From positions 23,994,001-24,058,000 of the forward strand of contig OZ024744.1 in NCBI GenBank assembly GCA_964016885.1: a stretch of DNA of 64,000 bases, written 5' to 3'. Origin of the DNA: Eledone cirrhosa (taxonomy: Eukaryota). Below, in pieces: positions 53,601 through 64,000 of this stretch; within the stretch, counting starts at the first letter, position 1, and each line of letters opens with the position of its first letter. A program made the position numbers and the translations under genes. The notes beneath the pieces are model-generated. The model worked only from the letters and a program-made list of their open reading frames with translations, was not told the DNA's origin and searched no databases.

Positions 53601-56600
53601 CAGTTGAATCTTAAGAACTGACTCGTTTTAACAACAGTTGAATCTTAAGATAAAACTCATTTTAACAACAGCTGAATCTTAAGATAAAACTCGTTTTAAC
53701 AACAGTTGAATCTTAAGAACTGACTCGTTTTAACAACAGGTGAATCTTAAGAACTGACTGGTTTTAACAACAGTTGAATCTTAAATAAAACTCGTTTTAA
53801 CAAAGGTTGAATATTAAGAACTGACTCGTTTTAAACAACAGTTGAATCTTAAGATAAAATTCGTTTTAACAAAAGTTGAATCTTACGAACTGACTCGTTT
53901 TAACAATAGTTGTCTCTTAAGATAAAACTCGTTTTAACAACAGTTGAATCTTAAGAACTGACTCGTTTTAACGACAGATGAATCTTATGATAAAACTCGT
54001 TTTAACAACAATTGAATCTTAAGAACTGATTCGTTTTAACAACAGTTGAATCTTAAGATAAAACTAGTTTTAACAACAGTTGAATCTTAAGAACTGACTC
54101 GTTTTAACAACAGTTGAAACTTCAAATAAAACTCGTTTTAACAACAGTTGAATCTTAAGAACTGACTCATTTTAACAACAGTTCAATCTTAAGAACTGAT
54201 TCGTTTTAACAACAGTTGAATCTTAAGATAAAACTCGTTTTAACAAGAGTTGAATCTTAAGAACTGACTCGTTTTAACAACAGTTGAATCTTAAATAAAA
54301 CTCGTTTTAACAACAGTTGAATCTTAAGAACTGACTCGTTTTAACAACAGTTGAATCTTAAGAACTGACTGGTTTTAACAACAGATGAATCTTAAGAACT
54401 GACTCGTTTTAACAACAGTTCAACCTTAAGAACTGACTAGTTTTAACAACAGTTGAATCTCAAGAACTGACTCGTTTTAACAACAGTTGAATCTTAAGAT
54501 AAAACTCGTTTTAACAACAGTTGAATCTTAAGAAATGACTCGTTTTAATAACAGTTGAATCTTAAGAACTGACTCGTTTTAACAACAGTTCAACCTAAAG
54601 AACTGACTCGTTGTAACAACAGTTGAAACTTCAAATGAAACTCGTTTTAACCACAGTTGAATCTTAAGAACTGAATCATTTTAACAACAGTTGAATCTTA
54701 AGAACTGACTCGTGTTAACAACAATTGAATCTTAAGATAAAACTCGTTTTAACAAAAGTTGAATCTTAAGAACTGACTCGTTTTAACAACAGTTCAACCT
54801 TAAGAACTGACTAGTTTTAACAACAGTTTAATCTTAGAATAAAACTCGTTTTAACAACAGTTGAATCATAAGAACTGATTCGTTTTAACAACAGTTGAAT
54901 CTTAAGAACTGACTCGTTTTAACAACAGCTGAATCTTAAGATAAAACTCGTTTTAACGACAGTTGAATCTTAAGAACTGACTCGTTTCATCAACAGTTCA
55001 ACCTTAAGAACTGACTCATTTTAACAACAGTTGAATCTTCAAATAAAACTCGTTTTAACAACAGTTGAATCTTAAGAACTGATTCGTTTTAACATCAGCT
55101 GAATCTTAAGATAAACTCGTTTTAACAACAGTTGAATCTTAAGATAAACCTCGTTTTAACAACATTTGAATCTTAAGAACTGACTCGTTTTAACAACAGC
55201 TGAATCTTAAGATAAAACTCTTTTTAACAACAGTTGAATCTTAAGAACTGACTCGTTTTATCAACAGTTCAACCTGAAGAACTGACTCGTTTTAACAACA
55301 GTTGAATCTTCAAATAAAACTCGTTTTAACAACAGTTGAATCTTAAGAACTGACTCGTTTTAACAACAGTTGAATCTTAAGATAAAACTCGTTTTAACAA
55401 CAGTTGAATCTTAAGAACTGACTCGTTTTAACAACAGGTGAATCTTAAGAACTGACTGGTTTTAACAACAGTTGAATCTTAAATAAAACTCGTTTTAACA
55501 AAGGTTGAATATTAGGAACTGACTCGTTTTAAACAACAGTTGAATCTTAAGATAAAATTCGTTTTAACAACAGTTGAATCTTAAGAACTGACTCGTTTTA
55601 ACAACAGTTGAATCTTAAGAACTGACTGGTTTTAACAACAGATGAATCTTAAGAACTGACTCGTTTTAACAACAGTTCAACCTTAAGAACTGACTAGTTT
55701 TAACAACAGTTGAATCTCAAGAACTGACTCGTTTTAACAACAGTTGAATCTTGAGATAAAACTCGTTTTAACAACAGTTGAATCTTAAGAAATGACTCGT
55801 TTTAATAACAGTTGAATCTTAGGAACTGACTCGTTTTAACAACAGTTCAACCTGAAGAACTGACTCGTTGTAACAACAGTTGAAACTTCAAATAAAACTC
55901 GTTTTACCCACAGTTGAATCTTACGAACTGAATCATTTTAACAACAGTTGAATCTTAAGAACTGACTCGTGTTTACAACAATTGAATCTTAAGATAAAAC
56001 TCGTTTTAACAAAAGTTGAATCTTAAGAACTGACTCGTTTTAACAACAGTTCAACCTTAAGAACTGACTAGTTTTAACAACAGTTTAATCTTAGAATAAA
56101 AATCGTTTTAACAACAGTTGAATCTTAAGAACTGACTCGTTTTAACAAAAGTTGAATCTTACGAACTGACTCGTTTTAACAATAGTTGTCTCTTAAGATA
56201 AAACTCGTTTTAACAACAGTTGAATTTTAAAACTGACTCGTTTTAACAACAGTTCTAACTTAAGAACTGATTCGTTTTAACAACAGTTGAATCTTAAAAT
56301 AAAATTCGTTTAACAACAGTTGAATCTTAAGAACTGGCTCGTTTTAACATCACATGTATATTATGATAAAACTCGTTTTAACAACAGCTGTATCTTAAGA
56401 AATGACTCGATATAACAACAGTTGAATCTTAAGAACTACCTAGTTTTAACAACAGTTGAATGTTAAGAACTGACTCGTTTTAACAACAGTTCAATCTTAA
56501 GATAAAACTGATTATAACAACAGTTGCATCTTAAGAACTGACTTGTTTTAACAACAGTTGAATCTGAAGAACTGAGTCGTTTTAACAACAGTTGAATCTG

Positions 56601-59600
56601 AAGATAAAACTCGTTTAACAACAGTTGAATCTTAAGAACTGACTCGTTTTAACGACAGATGAATCTTATGATAAAACTCGTTTTAACAACAGTTGAATCT
56701 TCAAATTAAACTCGTTTTAACAACAGTTGAATCATAAGAACTGATTCGTTTTAACAACAGTTGACTCTTAAGATAAAACTCATTTTAACAACAGTTGAAT
56801 CTTAAGATAAAACTCGTTTTAACAACAGTTGAATTTTAAAACTGACTCGTTTTAACAACAGTTCAAACTTAAGAACTGATTCGTTTTAATAACAGTTGAA
56901 TCTTCAAATAAAACTCGTTTTAACAACAGTTGAATCTTAAGAACTGATTCGTTTTAACAACAGCTGAATCTTAAGATAAACTCGTTTTAACAACAGTTGA
57001 ATCTTAAGATAAACCTCGTTTTAACAACATTTGAATCTTAAGAACTGACTCGTTTTAACAACAGCTGCATCTTAAGGTAAAACTCGTTTTAACAACAGTT
57101 AAATCTTAAGAACTGACTCGTTTTATCAACAGTTCAACCTGAAGAACTGACTCGTTTTAACAACAGTTGAATCTTTAAATAAAACTCGTTTTAACAACAG
57201 TTGAATCTTAAGAACTGACTCGTTTTAACAACAGTTGAATCTTAAGATAAAACTCGTTTTAACAACAGCTGAATCTTAAGATAAAACTCGTTTTAACAAC
57301 AGTTGAATCTTAAGAACTGACTCGTTTTAACAACAGGTGGATCTTAAGAACTGACTGGTTTTAACAACAGTTGAATCTTAAATAAAACTCGTTTTAACAA
57401 AGGTTGAATATTAAGAACTGACTCGTTTTAAACAACAGTTGAATCTTAAGATAAAATTCGTTTTAACAAAAGTTGAATCTTACGAACTGACTCGTTTTAA
57501 CAATAGTTGTCTCTTAAGATAAAACTCGTTTTAACAACAGTTGAATTTTAAAACTGACTCGTTTTAACAACAGTTCAAACTTAAGAACTGATTCGTTTTA
57601 ACAACAGTTGAATCTTAAAGTAAAATTCGTTTAACAACAGTTGAATCTTAAGGACTGGCTCGTTTTAACATCACATGTATATTATGATAAAACTCGTTTT
57701 AACAACAGCTGTATCTTAAGAACTGACTCGATATAACAACAGTTGAATCTTAAGAACTACCTCGTTTTAACAACAGTTGAATGTTAAGAACTGACTCGTT
57801 TTAACAACAGTTCAATCTTAAGATAAAACTGATTATAACAACAGTTGCCTCTTAAGAACTGACTTGTTTTAACAACAGTTGGATCTTAAGAACTGACTCG
57901 TTTTAACGACAGATGAATCTTATGATAAAACTCGTTTTAACAACAATTGAATCTTAAGAACTGATTCGTTTTAACAACAGTTGAATGTTAAGATAAAACT
58001 AGTTTTAACAACAGTTGAATCTTAAGAACTGACTCGTTTTAACAACAGTTGAAACTTCAAATAAAACTCGTTTTAACAACAGTTGAATCTTAAGAACTGA
58101 CTCATTTTAACAACAGTTCAATCTTAAGAACTGATTCGTTTTAACAACAGTTGAATCTTAAGATAAAACTAGTTTTAATAACTGTTGAATCTTAAGATAA
58201 AACTCGTTTTAACAAGAGTTGAATCTTAAGAACTGACTCGTTTTAGCAACAGTTGAATCTTAAATAAAACTCGTTTTAACAACAGTTGAATCTTAAGAAC
58301 TGACTCGTTTTAACAACAGTTGAATCTTAAGAACTGACTGGTTTTAACAACAGATGAATCTCAAGAACTGACTCGTTTTAACAACAGTTCAACCTTAAGA
58401 ACTGACTAGTTTTAACAACAGTTGAATCTCAAGAACTGACTCGTTTTAACAACAGTTGAATCTTAAGATAAAACTCGTTTTAACAACAGTTGAATCTTAA
58501 GAAATGACTCGTTTTAATAACAGTTGAATCTTAAGAACTGACTCGTTTTAACAACAGTTCAACCTTAAGAACTGACTCGTTGTAACAACAGTTGAAACTT
58601 CGAATAAAACTCGTTTTAACCACAGTTGAATCTTAAGAACTGAATCATTTTAACAACAGTTGAATCTTAAGAACTGACTCGTGTTAACAACAATTGAATC
58701 TTAAGATAAAACTCGTTTTAACAAAAGTTGAATCTTAAGAACTGACTCGTTTTAACAACAGTTCAGCCTTAAGAACTGACTAGTTTTAACAACTGTTTAA
58801 TCTTAGAATAAAACTCGTTTTAACAACAGTTGAATCATAAGAACTGATTCGTTTTAACAACAGTTGAATCTTAAGATAAAACTCGTTTTAACAACAATTG
58901 AATCTTAAGAACTGACTCGTTTTAACAACGGCTGAATCTTAAGATAAAACTCGTTTTAACGACAGTTGAATCTTAAGAACTGACTCGTTTTATCAACAGT
59001 TCAACCTTAAGAACTGACTCATTTTAACAACTGTTGAATCTTCAAATAAAACTCGTTTTAACAACAGTTGAATCTTAAGAACTGAATCGTTTTAACATCA
59101 GCTGAATCTTAAGATAAACTCGTTTTAACAACAGTTGAATCTTAAGATAAATCTCGTTTTAACAACATTTGAATCTTAAGAACTGACTCGTTTTAACAAC
59201 AGCTGAATCTTAAGATAAAACTCGTTTTAACAACAGTTAAATCTTATGAACTGACTCGTTTTAACAACAGTTGAATCTTAAGAACTGACTCGTTTTAACA
59301 ACAGGTGAATCTTAAGAACTGACTGGTTTTAACAACAGTTGAATCTTAAATAAAACTCGTTTTAACAAAGGTTGAATATTAAGAACTGACTCGTTTTAAA
59401 CAACAGTTGAATCTTAAGATAAAATTCGTTTTAACAACAGTTGAATCTTAAGAACTGATTCGTTTTAACAACAGTTCAACCTAAGAACAGACTCGTTTTA
59501 ACAACAGTTGAATCTTAAATAAAACTCGTTTTAACAACAGTTGAATCTTAAGAACTGACTCGTTTTAACAACAGTTGAATCTTAAGAACTGACTGGTTTT

Positions 59601-62600
59601 AACAACAGATGAATCTTAAGAACTGACTCGTTTTAACAACAGTTCAACCTTAAGAACTGACTAGTTTTAACAACAGTTGAATCTCAAGAACTGACTCGTT
59701 TTAACAACAGATGAATCTTGAGATAAAACTCGTTTTAACAACAGTTGAATCTTAAGAAATGACTCGTTTTAATAACAGTTGAATCTTAAGAACTGACTCG
59801 TTTTAACAACAGTTCAACCTGAAGAACTGACTCGTTGTAACAACAGTTGAAACTTCAAATAAAACTCGTTTTAACCACAGTTGAATCTTAAGAACTGAAT
59901 CATTTTAACAACAGTTGAATCTTAAGAACTGACTCGTGTTAACAACAATTGAATCTTCAGATAAAACTCGTTTTAACAAAAGTTGAATCTTAAGAACTGA
60001 CTCGTTTTAACAACAGTTCAACCTTAAGAACTGACTAGTTTTAACAACAGTTTAATCTCAGAATAAAATTCGTTTTAACAACAGTTGAATCTTAAGAACT
60101 GACTCGTTTTAACAAAAGTTGAATCTTACGAACTGACTCGTTTTAACAATAGATGTCTCTTAAGATAAAACTCGTTTTAACAACAGTTGAATTTTAAAAC
60201 TGACTCGTTTTAACAACAGTTCAAACTTAAGAACTGATTCGTTTTAACAACAGTTGAATCTTAAAATAAAATTCGTTTAACAACAGTTGAATCTTAAGAA
60301 CTGGCTCGTTTTAACATCACATGTATATTATGATAAAACTCGTTTTAACAACAGCTGTATCTTAAGAGCTGACTCGATATAACAACAGTTGAATCTTAAG
60401 AACTACCTAGTTTTAACAACAGTTGAATGTTAAGAACTGACTCGTTTTAACAACAGTTCAATCTTAAGATAAAACTGATTATAACAACAGTTGCATCTTA
60501 AGAACTGAGATTGTTTTAACAACAGTTGAATCTGAAGAACTGACTCGTTTTAACAACAGTTGAATCTGAAGATAAAACTCGTTTAACAACAGTTGAATCT
60601 TAAGAACTGACTCGTTTTAACGACAGATGAATCTTATGATAAAACTCGTTTTAACAACAGTTGAATCTTCAAATTAAACTCTTTTTAATAACAGTTGAAT
60701 CATAAGAACTGATTCGTTTTAACAACAGTTGAATCTTAAGATAAAACTCATTTTAACAACAGTTGAATCTTAAGATAAAACTCGTTTTAACAACAGTTGA
60801 ATCTTAAGAACTGACTCGTTTTAATAACAGTTGAATCTTCAAATAAAACTCGTTTTAACAACAGTTGAATCTTAAGAACTGATTCGTTTTAACAACAGCT
60901 GAATCTTAAGATAAACTCGTTTTAACAACAGTTGAATCTTAAGATAAACCTCGTTTTAACAACATTTGAATCTTAAGAACTGACTCGTTTTAACAACAGC
61001 TGCATCTTAAGATAAAACTCGTTTTAACAACAGTTGAATCTTAAGAACTGACTCGTTTTATCAACAGTTCAACCTGAAGAATTACTCGTTTTAACAACAG
61101 TTGAATCTTCAAATAAAACTCGTTTTAACAACAGTTGAATCTTAAGAACTGACTCGTTTTAACAACAGTTGAATCTTAAGATAAAACTCGTTTTAACAAC
61201 AGCTGAATCTTAAGATAAAACTCGTTTTAACAACAGTTGAATCTTAAGAACTGACTCGTTTTAACAACAGGTGAATCTTAAGAACTGACTGGTTTTAACA
61301 ACAGTTGAATCTTAAATAAAACTCGTTTTAACAAAGGTTGAATATTAAGAACTGACTCGTTTTAAACAACAGTTGAATCTTAAGATAAAATTCGTTTTAA
61401 CAAAAGTTGAATCTTACGAACTGACTCGTTTTAACAATAGTTGTCTCTTAAGATAAAACTCGTTTTAACAACAGTTGAATCTTAAGAACTGACTCGTTTT
61501 AACGACAGATGAATCTTATGATAAAACTCGTTTTAACAACAATTGAATCTTAAGAACTGATTCGTTTTAACAACAGTTGAATCTTAAGATAAAACTAGTT
61601 TTAACAACAGTTGAATCTTAAGAACTGACTCGTTTTAACAACAGTTGAAACTTCAAATAAAACTCGTTTTAACAACAGTTGAATCTTAAGAACTGACTCA
61701 TTTTAACAACAGTTCAATCTTAAGAACTGATTCGTTTTAACAACAGTTGAATCTTAAGATAAAACTAGTTTTAATAACTGTTGAATCTTAAGATAAAACT
61801 CGTTTTAACAAGAGTTGAATCTTAAGAACTGACTCGTTTTAACAACAGTTGAATCTTAAATAAAACTCGTTTTAACAACAGTTGAATCTTAAGAACTGAC
61901 TCGTTTTAACAACAGTTGAATCTTAAGAACTGACTGGTTTTAACAACAGATGAATCTTAAGAACTGACTCGTTTTAACAACAGTTCAACCTTAAGAACTG
62001 ACTAGTTTTAACAACAGTTGAATCTCAAGAACTGACTCGTTTTAACAACAGTTGAATCTTAAGATAAAACTCGTTTTAACAACAGTTGAATCTTAAGAAA
62101 TGACTCGTTTTAATAACAGTTGAATCTTAAGAACTGACTCGTTTTAACAACAGTTCAACCTAAAGAACTGACTCGTTGTAACAACAGTTGAAACTTCAAA
62201 TGAAACTCGTTTTAACCACAGTTGAATCTTAAGAACTGAATCATTTTAACAACAGTTGAATCTTAAGAACTGACTCGTGTTAACAACAATTGAATCTTAA
62301 GATAAAACTCGTTTTAACAAAAGTTGAATCTTAAGAACTGACTCGTTTTAACAACAGTTCAACCTTAAGAACTGACTAGTTTTAACAACAGTTTAATCTT
62401 AGAATAAAACTCGTTTTAACAACAGTTGAATCATAAGAACTGATTCGTTTTAACAACAGTTGAATCTTAAGAACTGACTCGTTTTAACAACAGCTGAATC
62501 TTAAGATAAAACTCGTTTTAACGACAGTTGAATCTTAAGAACTGACTCGTTTCATCAACAGTTCAACCTTAAGAACTGACTCATTTTAACAACAGTTGAA

Positions 62601-64000
62601 TCTTCAAATAAAACTCGTTTTAACAACAGTTGAATCTTAAGAACTGATTCGTTTTAACATCAGCTGAATCTTAAGATAAACTCGTTTTAACAACAGTTGA
62701 ATCTTAAGATAAACCTCGTTTTAACAACATTTGAATCTTAAGAACTGACTCGTTTTAACAACAGCTGAATCTTAAGATAAAACTCTTTTTAACAACAGTT
62801 GAATCTTAAGAACTGACTCGTTTTATCAACAGTTCAACCTGAAGAACTGACTCGTTTTAACAACAGTTGAATCTTCAAATAAAACTCGTTTTAACAACAG
62901 TTGAATCTTAAGAACTGACTCGTTTTAACAACAGTTGAATCTTAAGATAAAACTCGTTTTAACAACAGTTGAATCTTAAGAACTGACTCGTTTTAACAAC
63001 AGGTGAATCTTAAGAACTGACTGGTTTTAACAACAGTTGAATCTTAAATAAAACTCGTTTTAACAAAGGTTGAATATTAGGAACTGACTCGTTTTAAACA
63101 ACAGTTGAATCTTAAGATAAAATTCGTTTTAATAACAGTTGAATCATAAGAACTGATTCGTTTTAACAACAGTTGAATCTTAAGATAAAACTCATTTTAA
63201 CAACAGATGAATCTTAAGATAAAACTCGTTTTAACAACAGTTGAATCTTAAGAACTGACTCGTTTTAATAACAGTTGAATCTTCAAATAAAACTCGTTTT
63301 AACAACAGTTGAATCTTAAGAACTGATTCGTTTTAACAACAGCTGAATCTTAAGATAAACTCGTTTTAACAACAGTTGAATCTTAAGATAAACCTCGTTT
63401 TAACAACATTTGAATCTTAAGAACTGACTCGTTTTAACAACAGCTGCATCTTAAGATAAAACTCGTTTTAACAACAGTTGAATCTTAAGAACTGACTCGT
63501 TTTATCAACAGTTCAACCTGAAGAATTACTCGTTTTAACAACAGTTGAATCTTCAAATAAAACTCGTTTTAACAACAGTTGAATCTTAAGAACTGACTCG
63601 TTTTAACAACAGTTGAATCTTAAGATAAAACTCATTTTAACAACAGCTGAATCTTAAGATAAAACTCGTTTTAACAACAGTTGAATCTTAAGAACTGACT
63701 CGTTTTAACAACAGGTGAATCTTAAGAACTGACTGGTTTTAACAACAGTTGAATCTTAAATAAAACTCGTTTTAACAAAGGTTGAATATTAAGAACTGAC
63801 TCGTTTTAAACAACAGTTGAATCTTAAGATAAAATTCGTTTTAACAAAAGTTGAATCTTACGAACTGACTCGTTTTAACAATAGTTGTCTCTTAAGATAA
63901 AACTCGTTTTAACAACAGTTGAATCTTAAGAACTGACTCGTTTTAACGACAGATGAATCTTATGATAAAACTCGTTTTAACAACAATTGAATCTTAAGAA
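50620..64000. repeat. Large direct duplication: ~50620-54025 repeated at ~60595-64000 (offset 9975), running off the window end
   Basis: AAACTCTTTTTAATA pairs as 50701/60676, GAAGAATTAC as 51101/61076, TAAAG as 52186/62161 and ACGACAGATG as 53971/63946. Confidence 0.9.
50710..55560. repeat. Tandem duplication with offset 2444, then 2410 after loss of one monomer
   Basis: GAAGAATTAC pairs as 51101/53545 and CCTAAAG as 52186/54596. GTTTCATC and ATTAGGAAC are also shared. Confidence 0.87.

Larger units (their letters stand above)
38900..59100. repeat. Long-range direct duplication: ~38.9-43.9 kb related to ~53.9-59.1 kb (offset 15025, then 15229)
   Basis: CCTAAAG pairs as 39571/54596, and markers pair as 41119/56348 and 42440/57669. 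The 204-bp shift equals 6 monomers absent near 40830. Confidence 0.8.
1..64000. repeat. 34-bp tandem satellite array (~1,880 monomers), open at both window ends
   Basis: Positions 1-34 read GTTTTAACAACAGTTGAATCTTAAGAACTGACTC and GTTTTA restarts at 35. The same unit, or the B class ending GATAAAACTC, continues head-to-tail to 64000. No unique sequence or orientation switch was seen. Class A is 11/34 GC and class B is 9/34 GC. Confidence 0.99.
26700..64000. repeat. Right satellite domain (variant family R)
   Basis: Variants first seen here and then recurrent: AACAAAGGTTGAATATT (~26780), 35-bp GTTTTAAACAAC (~26810), GAACTACCT (~27170), CATCAGCTG (~27830), CAGGTG (~28140) and GAATCATAAG (~28585). 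Confidence 0.75.

Noticed and set aside
1-64000. Protein-coding repeat ORF on either strand
   Set aside because: 34 is not a multiple of 3, so every frame cycles through all phases within 102 bp. The plus strand has TAA/TGA stops at four places per monomer and the minus strand has TAA twice, so no long ORF is possible.
1-64000. Telomerase-type or reverse-transcriptase/rolling-circle concatemer, or an amplification artefact
   Set aside because: There is no G-rich strand. Variants are inherited in ordered multi-kb blocks with nested history, which re-copying a single short template would not produce. Assembly error in the copy number of individual blocks is still possible.
1-64000. A/B monomer order as a digital code or programmed variable cassette system
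   Set aside because: The order is explained by an A/B dimer tendency plus traceable duplications and deletions. No recombinase, flanking gene or unique cassette content supports a programmed system.
1-64000. Plasmid/phage iterons, MITEs, or piggyBac-type insertions at the many TTAA sites
   Set aside because: The copy number is far beyond iteron arrays and there is no rep gene. No inserted sequence, terminal-inverted-repeat element or target-site duplication interrupts the array.

Overview
The whole 64 kb window is one uninterrupted, head-to-tail, single-orientation tandem array (satellite DNA) of a 34-bp, roughly 30% GC monomer, about 1,880 copies (64000/34). Two monomer classes dominate and often alternate: A = GTTTTAACAACAGTTGAATCTTAAGAACTGACTC and B = GTTTTAACAACAGTTGAATCTTAAGATAAAACTC. 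I found no genes, RNA genes, transposon insertions, inversions or CRISPR spacers. The information lies in the variant pattern, which is nested: a 17-bp ancestral half-unit, the 34-bp monomer, a 68-bp A/B dimer, a 170-bp pentamer, irregular 1-3.6 kb higher-order units marked by one strongly diverged monomer (25 copies counted by eye), and recent near-identical duplications with offsets of 2.2-15.2 kb. Two variant-defined domains meet at about 26.5-27 kb. The most notable sequence-level observation is that the multi-base changes defining the main monomer classes each perfect a local inverted repeat, two of them around a 2-nt TC spacer. This suggests template-switch mutagenesis or selection for dyad symmetry. 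The organism and function (for example centromeric or pericentromeric) cannot be determined from this window. Block boundaries were read manually and are approximate.
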